Assembly (NCBI RefSeq): GCF_006345805.1
Contig: NC_043010.1
Span: 56,854,001-56,918,000 of the forward strand
DNA length: 64,000 nt
DNA from: Octopus sinensis
Lineage: Eukaryota
Direction of reading: 5' to 3'
In this document: positions 36,687-50,329 of the stretch, piece by piece
Numbering within the stretch: the first letter of the stretch is position 1
How the letters are laid out: each line of letters opens with the position of its first letter
The notes under the pieces: generated by a model
Seen by the model: only the letters and a program-made list of their open reading frames with translations
Database searches by the model: none
Told to the model about the DNA's origin: nothing
Program-made: the position numbers and the translations under genes

Positions 36687-36902
36687 CCTCTTGCTACTTT
36701 GGGTTTCGCCTATCTCTGAAGACCTTGTCTATTCACAGGTGAAACTCAGAGTAGCAAGGGAGTGACTCAACCAAAATAATCTCTACTGTAGTACCGAATG
36801 TTTTTTGTTTTCGACACTCAACACTGTTTATATATATATATATATAAACTATAATAATATATTTGTTCCACGTCCTCGCGTTGTTGTGTTTTCATGTTTG
36901 GA

Positions 36903-37287
36903 TTGGCCGTGTGGTAAGTAGCTTGCTAACCAACCACATGGTTCCGGGTTCAGTCCCACTGCGTGGCATTTTAGGCAAGTGTCTTCTGCTATAGCCCCGG
37001 ACCGACCAATGCCTTGTGAGTGGATTTGGTAGACGGAAACTGAAAGAAGCCTGTCGTATATATGTATATATATATAAGTGTTTGTGTGTCTGTGTTTGTC
37101 CCCCTAGCATTGCTTGACAACCGATGCTGGTGTGTTTATGTCCCCGTTAGCGGTTCGGCATAAGAGACCGATAGAATAAGTACTGCGCTTACAAAGAATA
37201 AGTCCCGGGGTCGATTTGCTCGACTAAAGGCGGTGCTCCAGCATGGCCGCAGTCAAATGACTGAAACAAGTAAAAGAGTAAAAGAAT
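36903..37287 (+). mobile_element. SINE family B (CpGs retained)
   Basis: Colinear with 16957-17377. Joined at its 5' end to a Penelope-type tail (36848-36903). Confidence 0.9.
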
Positions 37288-38124
37288 ATATATATAAAGC
37301 CCTTCAAGGCTGTGCTCCAGCTAGGCCTCAGTCCAATCACTGAAGGAAGTAAAAGAAAAAAGATTGTGTGTGTGTACTCGGTGAATTGGCATATGTTAGA
37401 TTGTCGGGTAAAATAACTTGATAATTGGCTGATCTTTGCATTCTGAGTAGATTCTCTAAATTCCCCTCAATTATTTATTTGTTTTTCTTTTTGAAGTCTG
37501 GTGGGGGTGGGGAAAGCTGCTTGTGAAACTGTAAGGAACTCAGGAAACTCTCGCCGCCTGTTTGTATGAGCTCTGTTCCGCGGGAGTGGCACAACACACA
37601 CATTCTCCTCGCCTATCTTCTTTGGTTTAAATCGGCAGAGAAAGAATCTCAAGAATCAAAAATTCTCTTGAATTAACGTGTCAGTAAGAACAAGAAAGTT
37701 TGTGTTTTCCCGGGGACAGGACATCTCTCTCTTTGTAGGCAGGCGTAGTACATAGCCAAGCATCTTTCGCCATCTCATGGCAATGATATAACTGTATGTT
37801 AGTCCGTCTGACTCTTTCCATTACATTTTCATCCCATCAACGATTCTAAGTCAACGTCTGTAGAAGCCAGTTCAGGGTTGACTAGATTCTCTTGCTATTT
37901 TCCGACACATTTCACTGACACAGTATGAGACAATGGATGTGTACAGACGGAGTTCGGTGCTTTGGAAAATGGCAACAGCAACGAGACATCTCTGCTCCAT
38001 CATTGTCAGCGCACCTCCAGAGTCCAGCCTCTCAGCTGCACTTATTGCTGCTATTGTCTCCTCAATGCATGTGCATGCGTATCTTGGGGGTTGCAGTGGT
38101 AAAGTAGTCAAAGTAATGATACCT

Positions 38125-38320
38125 GTTTCAAATGTTTGGCACAAGGCCAGCAATTTCAGGTGAGGGGGTAAGTCGATTACATTGGCTCCGGTGATCAACC
38201 GGGACTTATTTTATCGACCCCGACAGAATGAAAGGCAAATCGACCTCAGGGAATTTGAACTCAGAATGTAAAAGCGAACGAAATGCCGACATGCTGACGA
38301 TTCCGCCTGCTTGTCACCTT
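38125..38320 (-). mobile_element. SINE family A
   Basis: Reverse-complement match to family core and head. Confidence 0.8.
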
Positions 38321-39539
38321 ACTCAAACTATTAATGTTAAATGTCAACATTTCATTTTATTCATGGTATCGAGATGGGAAGAAAGGTAGAAATCTAACCC
38401 CCACCCCACCGCAAGCTTATTCAGGAAAAAACACCCGTTCATGTTACATCAATCTGAAGAAAACCGTTTAGTGGCCCGTTGAATCTGATTATTGCTGAAC
38501 CAGTGAAAAATGTTGGTAAAACAGAAATTGACCCTTAAGGAGAGCCTTTACATAAACATAGTCCTATCGTGTCTCAACACACACACACACACACTATTAC
38601 GTCCTATTACGAAGAAGCTCAGAATCTGTCGTCCGCTTTTATTTTCAACGTCTGAAACCTGATGAAAACCTCTGTAAAACGATCCCCTTTTCAGTCTCCT
38701 CATCTCAATAATTGTGGACGACGAGTTAACCATGAACTTCATTGGAAGCCATAAAGTTTTCCTGTTAAACTTGGGTAACGATTGAAGCTAATTCTTGCTG
38801 TGACCACCTCAGACTACATTATCAAATGTTGGGTTTGATTTGGCTGCTACTTCTAGTAGGTCAAAAGACCAAACAGAGGCTGACCCAAAGACTCATCCCC
38901 TGGTCATTTCTGATGATTTTGTAGCAGGGGAGAGATAGAGGAGCCAGCAGGGTCGGCGACTGTTAAGAAAAGGGAGTCAAGAGGTACATAAGTCTGTTGG
39001 TGTTGTAGCGTTATACTTTAATATGGAGAAACGTGTCTTTTTGTAACATGAAAATCATTTGTATCGTTCCTAAGTAACCCTGTGCAACAGTAGCATTCCC
39101 AGCTACTGATGTGTAATAGGGGTTCTACTTACTCTTTCATACTGTATGCTTTAGTAGTAGTAGTAGTAGTAGTATTTATCCGACACTACACTTCAAAGGT
39201 AAACTACAACATACACAACTGTTGATACCGTTATGAATACAGGCTGTATCAAACTAGAATAGTTTAACAACCGAACACCGAATGTAAGAGGGCTTAGAGT
39301 TTAAACACGCGGTTTGATACGAAGGTTTGTTTTGTATCTAAAATATTTGTTGTCCATAGTCACCAAATTGCTCTTCAATTAAATTTCATGTATTTAATGA
39401 GTACAGCTTACCCTCTTAGTAATTAGTTGTGTGAAATGACTAAAATACTTTTTTCATAGAATCTCCTTTCATAAAACTGTCTTCTCTCCTCGTCTTGTTT
39501 TAATAAAATTTTAATTAAGGATTACTGATCTGTTTCATG

Positions 39540-39760
39540 GCTTTCCACACCGTATCTTGTCACCACTTGTACTTCTCTCCGGCACACTCCCGTTTCCATA
39601 ATTCTATCAACCATCATTCTTCTCTTATATATTGCCTGTCCAAACCGCTCTTCTCTTATTCTATTGTGTTCACTGGGGCTGACACCAGTTTTTCTCACCT
39701 AGTTTTTCTCTCCATCTGTTTCAATGTACTCAACTTTAATGCAGTTGATAGTTTTCATGT
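39540..39760 (-). mobile_element. Possible very old RTE 3' remnant
   Basis: Minus strand IREERFGQAIYKRRMMVDRIMETGV loosely fits the LRWFGHV-x-RR...MEM motif. Confidence 0.3.
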
Positions 39761-39859
39761 TCTGACTTAAAAGACAAATATCTTGTTTTTTCACAATATT
39801 TTCTCAGATGCTTCTCTATATTAATGATATTTGCGAGGCTCTATTTATCAGACAACATA

Positions 39860-39870
39860 CTTACGTGAGA

Positions 39871-39955
<85 letters not shown>
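39860..39955. repeat. (CT)n microsatellite
   Basis: Seen directly in sequence. Confidence 0.95.
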
Positions 39956-39958
<3 letters not shown>

Positions 39959-40433
39959 ACACACACACACACATACAGAGGGAAAGTATTTCTTTGTCAC
40001 CAAATAATGTATCATTTTTATTTGGAAGGTGAAATACTAGAAAATCAGACAAAATGTGGTGCTATTTATGTTCTTTTAGTTCAAATCCATTTGGGGTCAA
40101 CATTATCTTTCATTAACCCTGGGGCCAATGAAATAAGCAATGGTCAAGTGCTAGGTCATTGGATTGGCTATGCTCCCTTCCACCCTTTTAGTGTCCTTGT
40201 ACATAAAGTGGAAATAATTATTTACAATATTAACTGTAAATCAATTCAATATCATATCACTTTGGTGGTTGTCCAACCTTGATGGAGGGTTCTATACTGC
40301 ACTATTTAGCATGCTCTTCAACTGTAAACTGACATTTAACTACTATTTCTAGTGACTCTATGCATTTCTCATCCTGACATTTCTTTGCCAGGAAATATCA
40401 GACTTGCTTTTAACAAATATAGTAAGTTGGTAA

Positions 40434-40493
<60 letters not shown>

Positions 40494-41604
40494 ATTTACA
40501 GTACTGTTTAAAGAAAGGGTTTAAAGAAGGATTGTCTCTTAAACTAAAAGAAACAAAAACTCATTTAGCATCTACCTGTCAGTGTAAGCTGCTTCTGATT
40601 TCAGAGACGACATGTCTTATTGCATCATTTGAATTGCTATCATTATCGCAGCATTGGTTGGCCCCCCACCCCCACCCCCACCTATTCTTACGCCAATGTT
40701 GTATAGTGTCGATGCAATAAGACTTCTAAAAACTAAACTGGTTTATCAATAGTTTTTGGTAGAATATATTTTTAACAGCTGACTTCTTCCTTTCCTTGCA
40801 GATGTCTAAGATAACAATGATATCATTTATTTTCCTCATTCTATGGCTAATCGTAGCAACATGTCACTGATTGTTAGTTTGGTTGATTTTTAACGTGAAA
40901 AAGAAGGTTCATATGAAATCTGTCCCCCCTCCGTTGTCATCATCATCATCATCATCATTGGTGTCATTTATAAGAGTTTGACCCCAAATGTACAAATCTA
41001 CCTTCTGCTGTTCAGGTGTAGGAGTAGTGGTACTCTACTTCAGTCAGAAGATACTGTGTCCTGTTATGTCCTCTCTTCTACTGCTGACTCCATACTTAAT
41101 TCATAACAAGCTCCTTTTAATTAGGTATACAATTTGGCAGTTTCAAGCAGAATGAAATGGGAAATAATCATCTTTTGGTTTTAGATCACTAAATGGAGCT
41201 AGTCTCCATAGGAATCCTTTTCAGAAATGAGCTCTCGCAGCCTTAATTAGAAGTGTTGCTTTTCTGGTCACAAAAAAAGTACAAGGAATTTGTATATTTG
41301 AACAGGTCATAGTTAAAATATGGCAATAAAAGAGTCTTAATAGGATTGCTTGATTTGCTAAAAGCAAGAGCTAAATCATGCCCTACCTTCCTCAGAAACA
41401 AAAATGCACGATGTTTGATGGGGCAGGGAAGATGGTCATGGTTAGGATGCTTTTCATTGTGGATCTGTTTTATAAGTGCTGGCCTGGGGCTAAACAACAA
41501 CAACTTGTAATGAAAACAATGAATAATGCTATCTTATGATTGATCTTGTCAAGATTTGCTCTTCCTTTCTCTTTGTATACATTTCCTGCATGTCTTGCGC
41601 CTAG

Positions 41605-41742
41605 TCCATCCATTATCTCAATTGTGACATTAACACTTTTGCAAGCTGGACTTTACCAGGCATTGATCACTTTTCTGATTGTTTGCCAGACCTTCCTCAC
41701 AAGAATGAACCTTTACCTCTAAACAATAATAGCAACAGCTTT
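41605..41742 (+). other. Candidate 138-nt exon (phase 0-0)
   Basis: Pyrimidine tract, then cttgcgcctag|TCCATC...AGCTTT|gtatgt. Open frame SIHYLNCDINTFASWTLPGIDHFSDCLPDLPHKNEPLPLNNNSNSF. No homology recognised. Confidence 0.2.
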
Positions 41743-42391
41743 GTATGTTTTCTTCAAAGTCGTCATTCGTGGAATGTTTTGTGCAGTAGGGGTTAGAAAA
41801 ATTTATGATTTATGACTTCTTGAAAGAGTCCCTCATTAAAGGCTATAATGAACTTAACAATTCAACTGTTTTAAATAGTTTAATTGATAGTGATTTCATG
41901 CCTTTCTGTCAGCTTGCAGTAACGAGGTACTGTACACCTAATTATTCTCTCTTTTCTAGTCAATATTATACAAACTTCCTCCAGGTTATTATTCTCCTAA
42001 TAGTCTCAAGCATTTTAACTGGGCACTCTGTGCACATAGAATGGTAATTCTGGTGTCAAATATCATAGGCCAAAAATATAGAGATGCAATATTTTTGTAA
42101 GAATAGAAAGTTTGTTTCTCTAAAATTCTAAAGTTATTTTCTTTCTATTTTATTTTTGACTGATTAATTTATCAATATTCATCAAACAGTGGTGTGAGCA
42201 GTGTTTAAGGGTCAAAATAACTATCTTCATATTTGTCAAGTGAAAATTCTGTTACATGTACTCTATGACTGATAGCTATTGCCCCCCTGAAGGATGAAGA
42301 ATATCTCTATCCTAGTGTGATTTGAACTCAGAATGAAAAGATGTATAACTTAACATCACTCTACTGTTGTTCTTTAGTTTATACCCCCACA

Positions 42392-42776
42392 GGAGGCGCA
42401 ATGGCCCAGTGGTTAGGGCAGCGGACTCGCGGTCGTAGGATCGTGGTTTCGATTCCCAGACCAGGCGTTGTGAGTGTTTATTGAGCGAAAACACCTAAAG
42501 CTCCACGAGGCTCCGGCAGGGATGGTGGTGATCCCTGCTGTACTCTTTCACCACAACTTTCTCTCACTCTTACTTCCTGTTTCTGTTGTACCTGTATTTC
42601 AAAGGGCCGGCCTTGTCACTCTCTGTGTCACGCTGAATATCCCCGAGAACTACGTTAAGGGTGCATGTGTCTGTGGAGTGCTCAGCCACATACACGTTAA
42701 TTTCACGAGCAGGCTGTTCCGTTGATCAGATCAACCGGAACCCTCGTCGTCGTAACCGACTGAGTGCTTCCACTCA
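42392..42776 (+). mobile_element. SINE family C, full length with 11-bp TSD
   Basis: A-box TGGCCCAGTGG and B-box GGTTTCGATTCC. TSD ATACCCCCACA at 42381-42391 and 42777-42787. Confidence 0.95.
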
Positions 42777-43518
42777 ATACCCCCACAGTTATCTTTTCAG
42801 AGCATCCACATTTAAAGAGTTAACATACCTTTAAAGGTTAAATTTATAAATAACTTATAAAATAAGGGCAAAAGAAAAAAACCTTTAAAGGCATTTTTTG
42901 ATATGCTGGCCATTGATAAAATTTTTTTTATCCTATATTAGTTTTAAAGAGTTAACAATGGATCTATTACCTTCTGTACTGTTGATTTATGAAGGAAGGT
43001 GTTTCAATTGTTGGTCTTCTTAGATAAGCAGCTCAACAGTTGCTTAGTCATTGATCAACTTAGACAATATAAGGAAGTGATGTATGGCTAGATGACTTGG
43101 CATCTCATTTTGTTGGTTGAAATGTTACTTCTGCAGTTGTTATTGCTGCTAGGATGTACTCTTCATCCCCCCCCACCATAAATGTATTTAGTTTCATATA
43201 TTTATTGCTATGTTTCTGTAACAGTTGTTCGTTTCTCATTTAAACCTTAAGTGGTGATGGGTTCAAAATCTTATCCCTTTACATATATGACGTTTTTATT
43301 GTCTGTCAACACATCATCAATGATGTGTTCTGATCTTTTAAAATTTGATTTCACAAGAGATACTTGTTGTGTGTTTTAGTTTTAACCTCATACCTTTAGT
43401 GTTGGTTGGTTCCAATATGATTATGAAAAGTTCTGATCAACACTACAATACCTGTCATACTTTTGTGTTAAGTCCTACATATCCAATAGCATTACTGTGT
43501 TAATATGTACCTAATAAA

Positions 43519-43735
43519 AAGTGGCGAGCTGGCAGAATCGTTAACATGCCGGGTGAAATGCTTAGCGGTATTTCATCTGTCTTTATGTTCTGAGTTCAAA
43601 TTTCGCCAACGTTGAATTTGCCTTTCATCCTTTTGGGTTGATAAATTAAGTACCATTTGCATACTGGGGTCGGTCTAATCGGCTGCCCCCCTCCCTCCAA
43701 ATTTTGGGCCTTGTGCCTAGAGTAGAAAAGAAATA
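43519..43735 (+). mobile_element. SINE family A
   Basis: GGCGAGCTGGCAGAATCGTTA head through GGCCTTGTGCCTAGAGTAGAAAAG tail. Confidence 0.9.
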
Positions 43736-45046
43736 TATACTTAATAACACTACTATGTTAATTAATATATACTTCACGATATGTTAATATTTATCCTGGG
43801 TATAACTTTAAACTGTATTTGGTAGTGGAGCCCTGGTTTGGAAGTTCCAGAGTTTTGAGGAATGTAAAACAAGCTCTTAGCCATTATTGTTACCTGGATC
43901 TACTTTAATCTTGAGTAGTAGCACTTGTCAAGGTCCCAACTGTGGCTTAATTAGCATGTCACAGGACTGCCTCTGGAAGGTCACTCACAGACTCCCCAAT
44001 GGACCCATGTACAATGTGGTCCTTCAGCTCTTTAATAGGTCATCGAAGAGAAGGTAACTCCATACAAATCCTGCATCCTGATAACTACTGGGCCCCTGGC
44101 ATTTGTTACACCAGATCAATACAAGTTTGGGGGACAGGAGAGTGGGACTGGCTCTGCACAAACCATGCAAACCGCTATAATAATAATAATAATAATAGTC
44201 ATCATACAAGATGTACATCAGACCAAGACACCAGCACCAACACCATCTGCTTTCTTTGTAAGTCTAGTGGTGATAGGGGAAAAAAATTTAATAGGGACAA
44301 GTAGAAAATACTACTGGAAGCTTCAGCTTTGACCCTGCACAAAGGCAGCTGTAGAGTGATGGTCCAGTAGCTGTGACTTGTTGAACCTTTGTTCATTGAA
44401 GCAACAAGAGAGTTCACACCCAACAGCATTACTAGGTTAATCTATGTCCTATAACACTACCATGACAATATATACCCAGTGACACACAATGTCAACACAT
44501 GCCCAATTATAACACAGTGTTATAATAAAACTATGGTGGAGTGTGATAAACACTGTAAAGGCCTTTACAGTTTTAAGTTTTAGAGAACTGTTATTGTTTG
44601 TTTTCCTGCTAAAATACTTACATTGCTATTAATGTAAGTAGTGAAAACTAAAAATATAAACAGTATGAACTTGTGAAATTTGAATTCAGATTGTCTTTGG
44701 TTTGTGGAATTGAAAATTATAAGTTTACTATTTGTTTCTGCAAGCTCCATCTCCTAAAGAAGACAATCCTTCTTTCAACTGGAACAGTACAACAAAGGTA
44801 TTTTTGCTATTAATTTGCATGCAACATACTTACAATGCTGACTTTTAAGAAGTTTCTCAAATTTGAAAAATTTAAAGGAGACTGACTCAGCTTTCTAGAT
44901 GACTTTTTTCTCACTTTATTTCCTATGAGTAGCTTTTGTATTTCAATAGATTTTCAATATAATCAATATTTTGGAGAGGTTTAGTTAAATAACTGTAATT
45001 TTGTATATTGGTATATTAGTGTGTGTGTACACACATGCACACTGTA

Positions 45047-45082
<36 letters not shown>

Positions 45083-46827
45083 TATTGGTGTTGGCCAGTA
45101 GGTGCATAATAATTAACTTTATTGTCCAAATGAAATCTCATGTCATTCATGTAGTAATGAGGTTTTGATTGAGATTTTAATTAAATGTGAATATTTTAGT
45201 ATAAGGTGTCTCAGCTGAGTTGGTATTAAAAAGAAGTTTTAAATTTATTCTTATTTGGGTGAATCTAGAAAAGTGTGTTGTATTTATTTTTATAAATGCC
45301 TTCAATGATTTTAGTGTCTTCTTTTCATATATTCCTGTATCTAGTTGGGGGAAATATGGTTTGCCTGGCAAAGGGTTGACTGGAAATTTTAATTTTTCCA
45401 TTGCAACACTAAAAAATCAGTATTATTTAGTTTTATTATAAGGACTGGTGATGATAGTACATACAGCTTGATTGTCATCTAGTCTTTCTATTCTTAGCAA
45501 CAATCTGACTTTGAGCTGAATTTGAATTACTTCACCAATAGTTATTATATTCTTGGAGAAATTTGGTATTGTTTATAACGATTCTTCAAGTGTCTTAAAT
45601 GCATTGAGAATAATGTCAACTCTTATGTCTTGTATTTGTTACTAAGATTGCATCTTTAAAAAATTAGGCAATTCATATATTCGTATAATTATATCTTTAC
45701 TGATTCTGGACTCTCTCTCTCTCTCTCAATATTTACAGTTGCTGATGAAATAAAATAGATGCAAAGTTTTTAATTTGTGAGATTTAATTAACTGTTGATA
45801 AATTATTTTTGATAACTATTTGTAAACTGTTCATAAAATAATGACCTGGTCTCAGTTTTGCAGTGAATTCTTGTTAAATGAGACTCCTTGTAGAAAAGAC
45901 CCAACAATATATTAAATTATTCTGCTTCAAGTTCCCTTTCCAGTTGCATCAATTGGAGAGAAAGCTGAATAAACATTCCTTACATTATCAGACAAAAGAT
46001 ACTTGTCTTGTTCTACTCTATTGCATCTAACTATTAATTAACAGTTAAGTTGAGGGAATTGTGCCATAGAGAGAGAGAGAGAGAGAGAGATAGATAGTAA
46101 CAAGTGTTTTACTAACAATAGCAGACAGCCAATAGCTGTGTGTTGTGTGTGTGCGTGTGTGTGTGTGTGTGTGTATAAAACTGCTCAGTTTTAATCATTT
46201 CTATAAGAGTATAGAGTCAATGTACAAATAATTATAATTTTGTTGCCAATTTGTGTGGTTAGTGTAATTGTAGCTGGTTGCAGAGTTGCTTTTGCAGCAT
46301 CTGCAATCTGAGATAATCAATGAATGGAAACTAAGTTCATAAAATAATCTATAAATAGAGGGATCAGTGTGTGCTGTGAAAGGGAGTGTCTGTGTATTGT
46401 GGATGAACTATCAGATGTCTTACAATACTCTGCCACTCACATGTGGTCTGCCAGCAGACTTCCATCCTGCTCCTCATCATATATCACAGATTAATGACTC
46501 TACCCTGCCAGGGGATTCCATCCTTAGACATGACGCTCCTCCACTATCCACCACTCTTCTACACTGGTCCCTTTACTGCTCTACTATTCTACTCTTTTCT
46601 ATGCTACTTCTCCATCATTGTGCCCTGTTGCATCTGCCTTTGGAAAGTGAATTTTGTATAATCTCCCCCCCCCTCCCTGCTGCCCTTCAAATAACTTTAC
46701 CCTCTAAGGGGCTACTTTTACTGCTCCTTGTTACATCTGCTCCTTGTTTTGCTCCCTATTCCTCTGATAGTGTTCTTCCAGCATCATTAACCACTTCACT
46801 TCACCGCTCCCCCCCTCTCTCTCTCTG

Positions 46828-46872
<45 letters not shown>

Positions 46873-49059
46873 AGATATATAATTTACCTCAGCATATCTG
46901 TAACCTTACACTTTTATGGCCAACACATCAGAGATGACCCCCCCCCCCGGTCTTAAATAGCTCCCTTTTCCCATCATTTGCAACACCCCATTTCCCCCTC
47001 CTCCTCCTATGATATTCTCATTGACCATTGCTGCTGTCGGTTTGCTTAGTCTTTACTCTTTAGTCTTATAATGTTGTTGTGTCCCTCATTTCTACTCTCC
47101 TAATTAACTTTGGTTCAAATCGTTTCCCATCTTTTCATTTTCACTAAATTGAACGGTTGTTGTTCAGCCCTGAATCCTGTCTAATCAAGGGAGCTGTGAT
47201 CAGTGCCATTCCAACTAAACAATCTTTTACTCAGACACAGAACATCTAAAATTACATTATCAACTGTATTGTTCCTTGATAGAGGTATAAGGGAAATTTA
47301 GCTGCTATTCCTATTTTGTTAAGCAGCTATGCTGAGGGACCCCTGTTGGCCATAGTTTATCTCATGTTGATTTGATCAGTGGCTAATGTAGTAATTAGCT
47401 ATTTTATTAGTATGATGGATTTAAAAGAAAGTCGGTAGATCTGTGGCTGAAATACGTTGTGCTGTGCAGTTGTATCCCTTTTTGTTTTGATTTAAAACCC
47501 TATTGAGGATCAGTTTACTTAATGCCATCCTTTTAAGTTGGATGAAATAAAACCAGCACTGAGATCTAGGTTAACTGTGACACTGTTAAATGTTGTGGGT
47601 AGAATGGCTATTGTTTTGCTTTGTTCTGAGTTCAAATTTTATCTTTGCTGTTCATTTCTGCCAGGTCTGGTCAGGTGTGGAGACATGCACCATTTTCAAT
47701 GTGTATTTACTATTATTCTGCCCTTTCACTACATTTCTAACCATATCAAGATGGTGGTGAGTGGTGTTGATGGCATTAGTCAAACCTCATTAAACCAACC
47801 CATTTTAGTTAGTCATGCACCTCAATCCCTAGTGTTCCTCATAAATCATAACAGAGAACCATAGAAGAGAGTGGAGGCAGGTGCTACACACTCTGCTCCT
47901 CCTTTCTCCGTTTGTAAGTCTTGGTAGCAGCTATAGCAGAGGTGGAAAAGGTTTAGGGTTGGTTAGAGTGCAATAGTTGATATCTTGTTAGTGTGCATCC
48001 TGGTACATTGGTGAGGATTGAGGTGGTGCTTGTCTCATTCATGGTCACTCTTACTGATGTTGTTATTTTTGTAGGTATTTAAAAAAAAATTTTGTCTGGG
48101 CTGAATAGGAGAGAGAATACTTTTAGGAGGGTGTTGCAGTAGGGTTTCGTTTGCAACTGCATTTGCTGAAGCATGTTGCAGCCACAAACTGTTCTTTTAT
48201 TTGGATGCTACCTTACGGCGTGGATATGGAGAAATTTTGGTAAAATTTCTCTGCCTTTTCCTTATCATCGTCGTCATGATCCTCATCCAAATAAATGTTA
48301 CGGTGGGATTGTTTTTGCCTGACACTACACCAGATATTGTTGAATATTTTGTATTTAGATAAGTTCTTTTAAACAAACATTTTGGTCTGCTGGGATTAAA
48401 ATGCCTGCCACTACCAACCACCACCATCACTGCCGCCGCCGCCGCCACCACCACCACCACCACCGTTCTTATTTCCAGCTGTAACAAGTATTGAATGCTC
48501 CATTAACTCTGCTCTATAGTATTACCTTTAAACACACTTAACTAAAAATTTCTTTATTGGATTTTAGTGAGAATAGCAGATTATGTAATGTCTGGCTTTT
48601 ATAAACTCCTTGCAGCCATTAGCTATGTAGTAATTTATGTGTGTGTGTGTGTGTGTGTGTAGATGTGCGTGCACGTGCACACACACACACACAGAATGTG
48701 TGTATGCATGCATCAGCAATGGAGGACAAATGAGCTGTAAGAGAAAATTACATATTAGAGGAATGAAATGGTGAAATATATAAGAGAAGACCACTGGTGT
48801 GGGTGTGTGTTTTGTATGATGGATGAGAGGTGTATAAAGAAGTGCAGATCCTTCAAAGTTGATGGAAACTGTGGAAGGAGAAACTCAAGTAGACTTTAAA
48901 AAGAAGGGGGAAAAAATTATTAGTTAAGAAAGAAGACAGGGCCTCTGACTGTCTGTGGGGCTGCTGAGATGGGTGGCAAACAGAAAGGAAGTTATCTTGA
49001 AACCTGAAATCTGGCCCAAATGCTGAGTGGACTCTACTAAAGGTATGTTATGTGTTAGT

Positions 49060-49710
49060 TGGTGGTGTGACCACTAGGTTGAATTGGACTCATCTTAGGC
49101 TGTTGATGCTTACAGAGGAAATGACAAAAGACCAAGATATTTGGCCAGATGCAGTGCCAGGGAAAGACCTTGAGCACAGTAAAGTGAATGTTAAAAACAT
49201 CTAGAAATTGGTGGTGACGATGGAAGCTGGAAGGCATCTACATTTGGGTTTCTCATCCAATAGTCTCGATGTTTACACATCTGCTGTCTTGCTTCACTCA
49301 TTTCTCATCCTTCTTCTCTCCTCTCTCTATCACTCAACTATTCATCGTACTATGTTGCCAAGGTCACTAAGGATGGCAGAAGACCTTGTATGCTTACTGT
49401 GCTGTAGTGTCAGTGCAATTGAGGATGGCCTTAGCCCTACATGGCCCACCCATTCGCTCTCCTATTCATCATACCATATGATGACAGTTGGTTTTGTAAC
49501 CATTTCACATTAACAACCCACCATGATAAAATGTATTCAGTCGGTTCTGTAAAGCATTTAGTGATGGTGATGGGAGGACATCCCGGTCAAAATGTAATGT
49601 AGCAGTGTGATATGGTCTTTGACCTAAGCGAACAGTAGCATTGAATAAGAAATGGGATCATCCATTTAACCCATGCCAGCATGGAAAGTGTATGTATGAA
49701 ATAATGGTGA
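49060..49710 (+). mobile_element. Decayed RTE 3' end and 3' UTR
   Basis: LRLLMLTEEMTKDQDIWPDAV...KT parallels 4350-4430. AACCCATGCCAGCATGGAAA tail at ~49665-49690. Confidence 0.6.
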
Positions 49711-50329
49711 TTGGGTGTGTGTGTCTTTAAAAGAATGGTCCGGCATGTTCAAGTAGTTTTTATCTGTAATGTTTCCATCAACGAAGAAACCTCTTTAAAC
49801 TCTGACAACAACTCTATTTACTTTTGGCCTTGAGTAACATTTACCAATTGATTTCGTGTCTGGTTCACTGCCCCAAATGTTGCAGTTGTCATGATTTACA
49901 GTGCTGCATGTGAAAATGTTTGTTCTTTTGATGTGTGTGTGTGTGTGCGCACGCACGCATGCATTCATTTTTGCTTACATTTGCACCCCTTGCCTGAAAA
50001 CCCTTTAGCTTCCAGCAGTGATATTGTTGTCATCTTGCCAGCTAATGAGTCATCTGGCTTTGCACCTTTGAAGATGTGTGGAATAACAGGTTAGTGACAG
50101 GATGGGCATCTGACTGTAAAACAATATCTCAGTAACACATTTGTCTAAACCAGGATAGACAAAGAAGACAAAAGTGTGAGAGCAGTGGGTGAATGCAGCC
50201 AGCAAGGAGTAGTGGGTCAATACATCAAGAACAGACAAGCCACTCCCTTTATTAACATTCTTTCTCTCTGCCATGCTTACCTGAAATAGTGGACTTTTCC
50301 AGTAAAACAATATCATTAAACACTGCAAT

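Noticed and set aside
37872-38198. Overlapping ORFs on both strands in GC-richer unique sequence
   Set aside because: They run into the SINE at 38125, show no homology or clear splice pair, and GC-richer DNA gives long ORFs by chance.
42392-42465. tRNA gene call from A/B boxes (also 34340-34414, 16957-17030, 36903-36960)
   Set aside because: No cloverleaf acceptor stem, and each continues into a conserved SINE body.
48105-48380. Open frames on both strands, one with a transmembrane-like stretch and one acidic (LDEDHDDDDKEK)
   Set aside because: Both derive from a decayed (ATC/GTC)n-type tract, there is no in-frame start, splice signals are mediocre and no homology was recognised.
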